The notes under the pieces: generated by a model
Database searches by the model: none
Told to the model about the DNA's origin: nothing
The model's input: only the letters and a program-made list of their open reading frames with translations
Made by a program: the position numbers and the translations under genes
IMG/VR virus record: IMGVR_UViG_3300017722_001532
Location: 1 to 27,542 of that record
DNA from: a virus
Lineage: Duplodnaviria > Caudoviricetes
DNA length: 27,542 nucleotides
Strand: one strand, 5' to 3'
Shown: piece by piece, positions 1 through 7,596 of the stretch
Layout: every line of letters begins with the position of its first letter
Numbering within the stretch: position 1 is the stretch's first letter

Positions 1-144
1 GCCTACTTCGCGCGACTCGGCGGAGCCTACAATGCTCAGGGTGAAGCGCCCTTGCAGATCCTGATGAACGATGACATCTTGATGTTCCACTACGGTGAGA
101 ACGGTGGTAACAACTACTTCACCCTCGAAGGGAAGGTTCTCTAA
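1..144 (+). CDS. 3' end of hypothetical phage protein (partial)
   Basis: Frame 1 is open from the window edge (AYFARLGG...EGKVL) to TAA at 142-144, overlapping the next ATG (TAATG coupling). Confidence 0.7.
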   Translation, partial: AYFARLGGAYNAQGEAPLQILMNDDILMFHYGENGGNNYFTLEGKVL

Positions 145-359
145 TGACCTACGAACAGTTTGACCAGAACTACGCTGATGAATTTCATTTGGTTAACTAC
201 CATATGAATTACATCATGGATAACCATGATCCTTCTGAGCGTACGATCAGCAATGGCGAATCTCTTATCGAGGCGGCCGAATCCGGTTATCTCTATGAAG
301 AGTTTCGTGATTACTGGATTGAGAAACAAAAATGGGTCATGACCTATAAGTTCGGTTGA
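144..359 (+). CDS. hypothetical protein, 71 aa
   Basis: ORF coupled to both neighbours by overlapping stop/start codons. Confidence 0.7.
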   Translation: MTYEQFDQNYADEFHLVNYHMNYIMDNHDPSERTISNGESLIEAAESGYLYEEFRDYWIEKQKWVMTYKFG

Positions 360-571
360 AAGGATATCTGATGACTGCTCCCTCGCATATCACCACGAAG
401 CTGTGGAAGACGTGGATCGAAACCAATCCTGAGCTTGCTATGGCATCTACCGAGAGGTTCTGCATGCAGGCCGAAGAGAACGGCATGTTTAAGAAGATGC
501 ATGACACGGACGGCTATATCTATCTCGTGGCTTCGGTCCGTCTAGACGATCTTGATCAATATTACGCGTAA
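356..571 (+). CDS. hypothetical protein; true start may be ATG at 371
   Basis: ORF in a tightly packed same-strand run; AAGGA precedes ATG 371. Confidence 0.65.
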   Translation: MKGYLMTAPSHITTKLWKTWIETNPELAMASTERFCMQAEENGMFKKMHDTDGYIYLVASVRLDDLDQYYA

Positions 572-580
572 GGATATACA

Positions 581-1273
581 ATGACTGATAACGTTTGGGA
601 TACGCTGATTAAAATTGAGCAGTATTTAGAATCGCAATTTTACGCAACTGGTAATATTATTAATGAACCTGGAATGGATCGTTTTAATCAACCCGGCTGG
701 GTGAACAAAGTATGGGCATCTGATAATTATCGACGTGCTCATATTGATGTTGTAGATGCCCGTGAAAGCAAGGGTCTTTGGATGATGCACTGTTGCGTTT
801 TCCCGCATAGGCACAACCCTGCTCCCATTTTTGGGTTCGATGTTATAGCAGGCAAAAACAAAATTACTGGGTGTTTTATCGACTACAGTCCAACTGGCGA
901 TAAAGAACATCCTATGATTAAGAACTTTGGCGAGGAAGTTGGACGCTATGAATGGAACAAAAAGCGCACCTTGCCAGATTGGGCTCAACGCATTTTTAGC
1001 GGACATATGGTTGCTGTTGGAAATGTAAGTAATGAAAACGAATTAAATCAGCTTACAAGTCTAGCACATACATTAGTTAATCATTACTTAGAAAATGTGG
1101 GTAAAACTAATAATACAGCTAACGATACTATAGAATCACAAAACTTTTATTGTGAGAATCAAAAGCAAAACCCGCATACATCCAAGGTTATGGTCAGTTT
1201 AGGTCTTAGTGAAGAAGATGTATATACTTTCATTCAGGATTGCCTGTTCCCTAGAGTAAATTATAATGATTGA
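581..1273 (+). CDS. pcyX: ferredoxin-dependent bilin reductase, PcyX-type
   Basis: Motifs RRAHIDVVD, LWMMHCCVFP, PIFGFDVIAG, LPDWAQRIFS, QNFYCENQKQNPHT. Asp56/His70/Asp87 sit where the PcyA/PcyX catalytic residues are expected, with Asp rather than the PcyA Glu at the first position. SD AAGGA upstream. Confidence 0.88.
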   Translation: MTDNVWDTLIKIEQYLESQFYATGNIINEPGMDRFNQPGWVNKVWASDNYRRAHIDVVDARESKGLWMMHCCVFPHRHNPAPIFGFDVIAGKNKITGCFIDYSPTGDKEHPMIKNFGEEVGRYEWNKKRTLPDWAQRIFSGHMVAVGNVSNENELNQLTSLAHTLVNHYLENVGKTNNTANDTIESQNFYCENQKQNPHTSKVMVSLGLSEEDVYTFIQDCLFPRVNYND

Positions 1274-1436
1274 TAATTGCATGCAAATTTATTTCGTAAA
1301 ACTTCAAGAGGCCGACAGTCTTCGTGACATGGCTATTGAGTTTATGGTCAATGGTGAGACTGAAGAGTTCTTTGCGATTCAGTCGGAATATGCTACTGCT
1401 ATGAAGCAGCGCCTGCAGATGGAGAATGGACGCTGA
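1266..1436 (+). CDS. small hypothetical protein, 56 aa (MIDNCMQIYF...MENGR), not in the ORF track
   Basis: Translated by hand; start overlaps the pcyX stop and the ORF fills the gap to the next gene. Confidence 0.6.
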   Translation: MIDNCMQIYFVKLQEADSLRDMAIEFMVNGETEEFFAIQSEYATAMKQRLQMENGR

Positions 1437-1476
1437 GTGAAGGCTTTAACAAAATTATTAACATTGGAGAAAAAGA

Positions 1477-1782
1477 ATGATTGGACTTAAGCAAAATTGG
1501 AAAACGAAGGAAGGCCTGAGGATCATCACGATCAAGCTGCTTGGTGGCGACGAAGTGGTATGTCGCTTGGATTCGCATACCGCAGATCATCTGAAGATCA
1601 CCAAGCCACTCGTGGTGATGATGCAGCAGCAGGGCTTTGGGCTCATGCCTTTCATGCTCACGGGTGATCCTGATGAGGCTCTGGAGATTCCGATGAGCGT
1701 TGTCATTGGAGTCAGTCTAACGACCAAGGCGGTAGCCGACCACTACATGCAGCAGACGTCAAGCCTCACTGTCCCGACATAA
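1477..1782 (+). CDS. Sm/LSm-like beta-barrel phage protein
   Basis: IITIKLLGGDEVVCRL...ITKPL...LMPF pattern resembles phage Sm-like proteins; SD GGAGA at 1466-1470. Confidence 0.6.
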   Translation: MIGLKQNWKTKEGLRIITIKLLGGDEVVCRLDSHTADHLKITKPLVVMMQQQGFGLMPFMLTGDPDEALEIPMSVVIGVSLTTKAVADHYMQQTSSLTVPT

Positions 1783-1786
1783 GCGG

Positions 1787-1815
1787 TTTACTTAATTTTC
1801 TGACTATGGTATAGT
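1787..1815 (+). promoter_or_regulatory. early/sigma70-type promoter
   Basis: (G)TTTACT, 17 nt spacer starting TAATT, extended TG, TATAGT; matches the T4 early GTTTAC -35 style and recurs in the window. Confidence 0.8.
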
Positions 1816-1821
1816 TAAATC

Positions 1822-2292
1822 ATGGTTGGTGATATCACAATTCTTGGAAACGCTTCAAAGGCACTGCGCTCCGATATAGGGGCTGCGGTGCCTTTTTACC
1901 TTAACCTCCTCCTGCCTGATGGCCAATGGGATTCTTTGAAAAAGAACCTTTCGATCGAGATCGTTCTCAAAGACTCAGACGAAGACGGTGACAGTGCCGC
2001 TGGGTGGACGATGGCGATGGAAGAAGATCACTACGTCATCGAACTCTACAAGGATTTTGTTGAAGCACCCTTGCTTCAGACTCTGGCTCACGAGATGGTT
2101 CACGTAAAGCAATACGCTACCGGCGAACTCCGTGAAAAGCTGCGGAATGGCGAAGCCGATCTCATCTGGAAGAATCGCCGGTGGTCTCCTCCGGAGGGTC
2201 AACACGAGTACTGGGATTGCCCATGGGAAATCGAAGCGTTCGGCCGTGAGTACGGTCTTTACAAACGCTTTCTCGAAGCCACTCAAAACTGA
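1822..2292 (+). CDS. putative zinc metallopeptidase (HExxH)
   Basis: TLAHEMVHVKQY and downstream PWEIEAF motifs. Confidence 0.75.
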   Translation: MVGDITILGNASKALRSDIGAAVPFYLNLLLPDGQWDSLKKNLSIEIVLKDSDEDGDSAAGWTMAMEEDHYVIELYKDFVEAPLLQTLAHEMVHVKQYATGELREKLRNGEADLIWKNRRWSPPEGQHEYWDCPWEIEAFGREYGLYKRFLEATQN

Positions 2293-2326
2293 TATACATA
2301 TATCACAACGCGTGATAAGAGGAATT

Positions 2327-4258
2327 ATGACTAAAAGCATCGAATCAAAATACAAAAAACTCTCAGAGGTAGAACATGTCCTGCATAGGCCAGGGCGATA
2401 CATTGGTTCTATCACTCCACATACGTCTATCGAATATGTTGCTGCACTCGCTCTCAATTCAGCGATGAAGATGGTTCCGCGAGAGGTCACATACAATCCG
2501 GGCTTTCTGAAGTTGTTTGATGAGGTAGTTTCAAACTCGGCTGACCACTCAAAGCGTGAGGAAGGTAAGCACCTTGACACCATCAAGGTTGAGATTGATG
2601 ATGCAACTGGTTTAATCTCCATCTACGATAACGGTGGTATTCCTGTCATTAAGCACTCGGAATACGATCAGTGGATTCCGGAAATGATCTTCGAGCTTCG
2701 TGCCGGATCGAATTTCGATGACTCTGATGAAACAATGGTAACCGGTCAGAATGGCGAAGGTGCCGCTCTTACGAACATCTTCTCTCACGAGTTTGTGATT
2801 GAAACATGTGATGGCCATAATAAGTTTAAGATGGTCTTCAAAGATCACTCTCAGGACCGTCGAGAGCCGAAAGTAAGTCCAGCCGAGGGATCTAAGGGTT
2901 ATACTAAGATCACCTATAAGCCGGATTTCGAGAAGCTCGGGATGGATTCCCTCGATGACGACAACTATGCAATGCTAGTGGCTCGAGTCTATCAGGTCGC
3001 AGCAGTCAATCCTCATCTAAAAGTGTACATCAACGGTTCTCGCATTCAGATAAAGTCCTTCAAGGACTACATCGAGATGTTCGGTCCGGAAGATTTTGAA
3101 TACGTATATGATGAAAATCCAAATTGGAAGGTTGGCATTTCTTCAAGCGCTGAAGGATTTCAACACGTATCTTTTGTAAATGGGACTCACACCAAGATCG
3201 GTGGAACACATATCAATTATGTTACCAATCAGATTTGTGATTCTCTTCGTGCATTCATTAAGAAAAAGCATAAAGTTGATGTTAAGCCTTCTGATCTGAA
3301 GCAACATCTCATGCTCTTTATTGACGCTCAGATCGTCAACCCTCGTTACTCTTCTCAAACAAAAGAAGATCTTATCACTGAAGTGAAAGACTATAAGACG
3401 TCTTGGTCGCTTCCTGATAAGATTCTAAATAAGCTCGTAAAGTCTTCTATCGTTCAGTCAGTCCTTGATTGGGCTCAGGCAAAAGCGATGCAGGAAGAAA
3501 TGAAAGAGCTGCGTAAGCTTAACAAGGAAACAAGCAAGGCTGATCCTCGCCGTGTTCCAAAGTTTAGTGATGCACTTGAGCGTAAGGAACGTAACAAATG
3601 TATCCTCTTCCTCACAGAAGGTGACTCGGCTGGTAAGTCGGTTCAGGCTGGACGCGGTAAGAATCCATACATTGGAAGCTTTCCGTTGAAGGGTAAACCA
3701 CTCAACGTTCGTGACATGTCATCTTACAAGAAGGTTCTTGAGAACGAAGAGATCAAGAAGATTCTCACTATCATCGGTCTGAACATCGGTGAAAAGGTAA
3801 CATTGGTCAGTGACCTACGCTTTGGTAAGATTGCCTTTACCACTGATGCTGACGTTGACGGAGCTCACATCTCTGGTCTTCTTATGAACCTGTTCGAGCA
3901 CTTCTGGCCAGAACTGTTCGACCTTGGTGTAATCCACATCTTCCGTACGCCGCTCTTGAAAGTGAACCTGAAGGGCAAGAAGGTACTCGAGTTCTTTACC
4001 GAACGAGAGTTCAAAGACTGGCAAGAATCCACGAAGGAAAAGAACTGGTCCTTTAAGTACTATAAGGGTCTCGGTACGTCGTCTGCCGCAGAGTTTAGAA
4101 ATTACTTTGAAAACATGGAAAACTATCTTTTCCAGTTTACTTTAAATGAGAAAGATGATAGAGATGCTATAGACCTGGCATTCAATCACGAACGTGCCAA
4201 TGATCGTAAGGAATGGCTCAAGACACCTGCCTTGAGCTTCGAAGACTTTATCAACTGA
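2327..4258 (+). CDS. gp39: type IIA DNA topoisomerase large subunit (gp39+gp60 equivalent in one ORF)
   Basis: EHVLHRPGRYIGS, FDEVVSNSAD, GQNGEGA (GHKL ATPase), TEGDSA, PLKGK, DADVDG (TOPRIM), YYKGLGT; start set at ATG 2327 after SD GAGGA. Confidence 0.95.
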   Translation: MTKSIESKYKKLSEVEHVLHRPGRYIGSITPHTSIEYVAALALNSAMKMVPREVTYNPGFLKLFDEVVSNSADHSKREEGKHLDTIKVEIDDATGLISIYDNGGIPVIKHSEYDQWIPEMIFELRAGSNFDDSDETMVTGQNGEGAALTNIFSHEFVIETCDGHNKFKMVFKDHSQDRREPKVSPAEGSKGYTKITYKPDFEKLGMDSLDDDNYAMLVARVYQVAAVNPHLKVYINGSRIQIKSFKDYIEMFGPEDFEYVYDENPNWKVGISSSAEGFQHVSFVNGTHTKIGGTHINYVTNQICDSLRAFIKKKHKVDVKPSDLKQHLMLFIDAQIVNPRYSSQTKEDLITEVKDYKTSWSLPDKILNKLVKSSIVQSVLDWAQAKAMQEEMKELRKLNKETSKADPRRVPKFSDALERKERNKCILFLTEGDSAGKSVQAGRGKNPYIGSFPLKGKPLNVRDMSSYKKVLENEEIKKILTIIGLNIGEKVTLVSDLRFGKIAFTTDADVDGAHISGLLMNLFEHFWPELFDLGVIHIFRTPLLKVNLKGKKVLEFFTEREFKDWQESTKEKNWSFKYYKGLGTSSAAEFRNYFENMENYLFQFTLNEKDDRDAIDLAFNHERANDRKEWLKTPALSFEDFIN

Positions 4259-4265
4259 GGTTATC

Positions 4266-5594
4266 ATGATCCGTTCAATCAAAGCTAAGCACTTTATGAA
4301 TTCCGCTTTCAAGGAATTCTCACTTTACGATAACGTAAGGTCGATTCCAGCCATTCAGGACGGCCTGAAGCCTTCTCAGCGTAAAGCACTGTATGGAACT
4401 ACTCTTCGTGGAGAGAGTGCCTCAGAGATTCAGGTAGAGCGTCTTGCAGCCTATATCGCGTCTGAAACTGATTATCATCATGGCACCGGCTCGATGGAAT
4501 CGACCATTGTTGGCATGGCAGTCGACTACACTGGTACGAATAATATGAACGTTTTCGTACCAAGCGGTCAGTTTGGTTCTCGCCTAACGAAGGAAGCTGC
4601 AGCTTCTCGTTACATCATGACTCAGTTGTCAAAGAACTATCGTAAGCTCTTTAAAAAAGAAGACGAGTGTATCCTCGAGCATAACATCGTTGACGGTGAA
4701 AAGATCGAGCCGAAGCATTACCTGCCTATTCTTCCTCTGGTTCTTATCAATGGATCTCAGGGAACTGGAACCGGCTATGCTTCTTACATCATGAATTATA
4801 ATCCAAACGATATTAAGAAGGCAATCCTGGAAGTCCTTGATGGAAAGAAGCTAAACAAGTATCGTCTGAATCCTTGGTATAACGGATTCAGTGGCACCAT
4901 TACTCGTGATAAGAACAGCGGCCAAGTTTCGATCACTGGCAAGCTGGAAGTGAAGAACTCTACTACGATTCATATCACTGAGCTGCCAGTAGGTTTCTAC
5001 CTCGATCAGTACAAAGATCATCTCGTAAAGCTCGAGGACGAAGGGTTTATCAAAGACTTCGAAGATCGCTCGACTGAAGAGGGATTCGACTTCCTCGTCA
5101 CGTGTCCTCGTACCACGACTACTTTGACTGAGACTCGCTTGTACGAGAAGTTCAAGCTGATCTCTCGTGATACGGAGAACTATACGCTCTGGAACGAAGA
5201 AGGTTCACTCGAAAAGTTTGACAGTGCAGAAGACATCATCACTCGCTTTGCTGACTGGCGCCTTGGTTGCTACGAGACTCGTCGTCAGAAGTTGATCGCT
5301 GAAACAAAGGAGCAGATCGACCTCATGAACGAGAAGCTTCGATTCATCCTGTTCTATCTCGATAACACAGAGGCTTTCCGCAGTAAGAACAAGAAGGATC
5401 TGATCGAGCTCCTGACTCAAAACGGCTTTGAGTCTTACGATAAATTGCTTCAGATGCCGATCTGGAACCTCACGAAGGAAAAGATCGCAGAGCTAGAGGA
5501 TTCTATCACTCAGAAGAAGACCTATCTCCAGTCACTAATGGTAACCACTGCAGTTAAGATGTACAGCGCCGAACTGCTGGAATTTTCTTACTAA
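4266..5594 (+). CDS. gp52: type IIA DNA topoisomerase medium (breakage-reunion) subunit
   Basis: RSIPAIQDGLKPSQRK, YHHG, GQFGSR, catalytic AASRY, ITELP; SD GAGG. Confidence 0.95.
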   Translation: MIRSIKAKHFMNSAFKEFSLYDNVRSIPAIQDGLKPSQRKALYGTTLRGESASEIQVERLAAYIASETDYHHGTGSMESTIVGMAVDYTGTNNMNVFVPSGQFGSRLTKEAAASRYIMTQLSKNYRKLFKKEDECILEHNIVDGEKIEPKHYLPILPLVLINGSQGTGTGYASYIMNYNPNDIKKAILEVLDGKKLNKYRLNPWYNGFSGTITRDKNSGQVSITGKLEVKNSTTIHITELPVGFYLDQYKDHLVKLEDEGFIKDFEDRSTEEGFDFLVTCPRTTTTLTETRLYEKFKLISRDTENYTLWNEEGSLEKFDSAEDIITRFADWRLGCYETRRQKLIAETKEQIDLMNEKLRFILFYLDNTEAFRSKNKKDLIELLTQNGFESYDKLLQMPIWNLTKEKIAELEDSITQKKTYLQSLMVTTAVKMYSAELLEFSY

Positions 5595-5601
5595 AAACTA
5601 T

Positions 5602-5630
5602 TTCCTTTATTTTTTATTCTATGGTAGATT
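5602..5630 (+). promoter_or_regulatory. probable early promoter
   Basis: TTCCTT-N17(ending CTATGG)-TAGATT; shares the CTATGG extended -10 with the promoter at 1787. Confidence 0.55.
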
Positions 5631-5654
5631 GAGAGAGTAAGGAAAGGAAAAAAC

Positions 5655-5846
5655 ATGAAAGTTCAAACCTATACCACTCCTCGCCAGAGCACCATGCTTG
5701 ACTATGCGGTCAACGTCTATAAGGACGGTGAGTTCGTCAAGTGCCTTCGCTACGAAGGTTGGAGTGGCTCTGCCATGCATGAAGAGGTCCGCGACCTTCG
5801 TCACTATGACTACAAGCCCAGCGATGGTTACACTTTGGAGTGGTAA
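5655..5846 (+). CDS. hypothetical protein, 63 aa
   Basis: Strong SD AAGGA, downstream of a promoter. Confidence 0.75.
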   Translation: MKVQTYTTPRQSTMLDYAVNVYKDGEFVKCLRYEGWSGSAMHEEVRDLRHYDYKPSDGYTLEW

Positions 5847-5848
5847 AA

Positions 5849-6100
5849 ATGACTGAATATGAGAAGCAACTGATGCAAGAGTGGAATCAGCTTCCTCAGT
5901 ACATGAGGAAGATTGGTGATACGTATCTAGATATCCTGCCGAACACGCAGGGCACGGCTGATATCTCAGCTTTTACGCTTGCCATTCTTTCGTGTGAAGA
6001 GTATACTGGTAAGAAGGATCTGAACGTCGTGCATGACATGGTTGTTCTGCGGCGCAATTGGCTGACCGAATGGTCTAGGGAGTGGTATCATGAAATATGA
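5849..6100 (+). CDS. hypothetical protein
   Basis: ATG 5849 preceded by GGAG (the ORF track starts at GTG 5840). Confidence 0.7.
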   Translation: MTEYEKQLMQEWNQLPQYMRKIGDTYLDILPNTQGTADISAFTLAILSCEEYTGKKDLNVVHDMVVLRRNWLTEWSREWYHEI

Positions 6101-6243
6101 ATATCGGATGGTAAGTCGTTTTGACGCCGCCATTCCCTGATAAGGATCCTAAGCTGCCTAAAAGGCGACCTAACATGAAAGGCTGGTTTTAAAAAATTTT
6201 GATGCGGACCCTTTACATTTCTCAAATGAGTATTATATAGTAT

Positions 6244-6432
6244 ATGCTAAAGAAAATTTGTATTACAGTAGTCTTAGCAATCACTCTCGTAGATCTTTAT
6301 CGATATACGATCTTGAGTGAAACCCTATCAGAGTTCAGCATTACACTTGCATTGTGCACTGCTGCATTCTATCTCTTCAATCATTTGATTGTAAGAGTAT
6401 ATCTTGATTCTATTTTAGATCAGGATGATTAA
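6244..6432 (+). CDS. small membrane protein with two hydrophobic segments
   Basis: ICITVVLAITLV and FSITLALCTAAFYLF segments; TTTACA promoter-like element at 6212; no SD. Confidence 0.5.
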   Translation: MLKKICITVVLAITLVDLYRYTILSETLSEFSITLALCTAAFYLFNHLIVRVYLDSILDQDD

Positions 6433-6486
6433 TCTGCGCTCATATGAGGCAGAACTATAACAACTCGCTTTTAAAGGAGAAAAATT
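6433..6486 (+). promoter_or_regulatory. ROSE-like RNA thermometer in the hsp20 5' UTR
   Basis: Hairpin TCTGC(G)CTCA-TA-TGAG-GCAGA, then CTCGCTT (6464-6470) pairing with SD AAGGAG (6474-6479) with G6467 bulged. Confidence 0.7.
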
Positions 6487-6909
6487 ATGTTTAAAGATAA
6501 TCCATTCATGAACAGCACAAAGAATGTCATTGGCTTCGATAAGTTGATCGATCTTCTTCTTGATACACAAACCGCAAAGCCCTTGAATTATCCTCCTTAT
6601 AATCTATATAAGAACAAGGAAAATTACATCATTGAAATGGCTGTTGCAGGATTTACTCAAGAAGATCTCGACATTGAAGTTACAGCTGATAAGCTTATTA
6701 TCTCTGGTAAGCGCACTCCTCCTGAACAGGAAGAGTATCTAGAAGCACTTCATGCGGGTCTTGCATTTCGATCGTTCAAACAAGCGTTTACAATTAGCGA
6801 ATCAATTAAGGTTGGTGCTGCTACGCTTAAGGACGGCGTCTTGACTCTTACGCTTGATATCGTGATTCCTGATGAAAAGAAACCAAGGAAGGTAAAGATT
6901 AATGAGTAA
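6487..6909 (+). CDS. hsp20: small heat shock protein, Hsp20/IbpA family
   Basis: IGFD, NYPPYNL, IEMAVAGF, HAGLAFRSF, LKDGVLTL, IPDEKKPRKV. Confidence 0.95.
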   Translation: MFKDNPFMNSTKNVIGFDKLIDLLLDTQTAKPLNYPPYNLYKNKENYIIEMAVAGFTQEDLDIEVTADKLIISGKRTPPEQEEYLEALHAGLAFRSFKQAFTISESIKVGAATLKDGVLTLTLDIVIPDEKKPRKVKINE

Positions 6910-6997
6910 TTCTATAATTCGTAAAATTGCCAGAATGGCTTCCGTTAGTGGATTGGCATTCTGTGGAGTCTTATTTTACGCCACATTAGCTTTATAA
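6902..6997 (+). CDS. 31-aa putative single-pass membrane peptide (MSNSIIRKIARMASVSGLAFCGVLFYATLAL)
   Basis: Start overlaps the hsp20 stop, AAGG upstream, ends just before the terminator; basic N-terminus followed by a hydrophobic helix. Confidence 0.5.
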   Translation: MSNSIIRKIARMASVSGLAFCGVLFYATLAL

Positions 6998-6999
6998 TG

Positions 7000-7029
7000 G
7001 AAAGGGGCCTCGAAGGCCCCTTTCTTTTT
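7000..7029. terminator. intrinsic terminator, probably bidirectional
   Basis: GAAAGGGGCC-TCGAA-GGCCCCTTTC followed by TTTTT, between convergent genes. Confidence 0.9.
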
Positions 7030-7522
7030 ATGCTTCGCCTGTCGTTGCTTTAGTGCCCTTTACCGTAGGAGCAAATTTTCCTGCAGGCGTATTTGGCGGC
7101 CAACGAAAATGAGTGATTCGATCACGACTAAATCTTCTTACGTTCACTTCGTCACCTTGGTTACCACCAAGAATGTCAAGATCGCCGTTCTCATGAACAC
7201 CTACAACAAATCCAACATGGCCTCCTCCAGCACGAGAAAAAACTGCAATTGCTCCGAGTGGAGGCGTACCATTAAGTGGAAGCGCTGTTCCAAATTTTGC
7301 CCACTCTGAAGCACGAAGCGCAACCTTTGGCGGAACAAATCCAGCTGAATGAACACACCAAGCCGCAAAAAGTCCACACCATGGGATTAAATCTTTAGTA
7401 TATGAAATGCCTAAAACCTTAGCACCAAGAGCATTGGCCCATCCCATGATTTTAGCATTATTAGCCGGCCCCGGAAGTTCCTTTGTTCCGATAAGGCTTC
7501 TGGCAACATTAACCCACTTCAT
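7028..7522 (-). CDS. TIGR02594-family NlpC/P60/CHAP-like peptidoglycan hydrolase (candidate endolysin)
   Basis: PWCGLF (Cys), GGGHVGFV (His), ILGGNQ motifs; SD AAGGAG on the minus strand. Confidence 0.85.
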   Translation of the reverse strand: MKWVNVARSLIGTKELPGPANNAKIMGWANALGAKVLGISYTKDLIPWCGLFAAWCVHSAGFVPPKVALRASEWAKFGTALPLNGTPPLGAIAVFSRAGGGHVGFVVGVHENGDLDILGGNQGDEVNVRRFSRDRITHFRWPPNTPAGKFAPTVKGTKATTGEA

Positions 7523-7537
7523 ATAACGTTCTCCTTA

Positions 7538-7566
7538 TTTACTTAATTGTTGAAATAGTGTATACT
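7538..7566 (+). promoter_or_regulatory. early/middle promoter for DNA polymerase
   Basis: TTTACT-TAATT..(17 nt)-TATACT. Confidence 0.8.
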
Positions 7567-7596
7567 GAATATGTTATATATCTGTTGGAGTCATAA

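Noticed and set aside
2290-2317. Short overlapping inverted repeats upstream of the topoisomerase (TGATAT/ATATCA, TATCAC/GTGATA)
   Set aside because: Only 6-bp AT-rich stems, no U tract, SD not clearly occluded; may be chance
2132-2326. N-terminal extension of the topoisomerase ORF in the ORF track
   Set aside because: It overlaps the metallopeptidase gene; recognisable topoisomerase sequence and an SD begin at ATG 2327
6097-6192. Possible interrupted mini-ORF (MNIGW*VVLTPPFP...KGWF)
   Set aside because: Too short, no homology evidence; cannot separate a pseudogene or readthrough from chance
7536-7543. AGTAAATA on the minus strand as a late promoter for the hydrolase
   Set aside because: Two mismatches, and it abuts the SD so the transcript would lack its RBS; better explained as the -35 of the polymerase promoter
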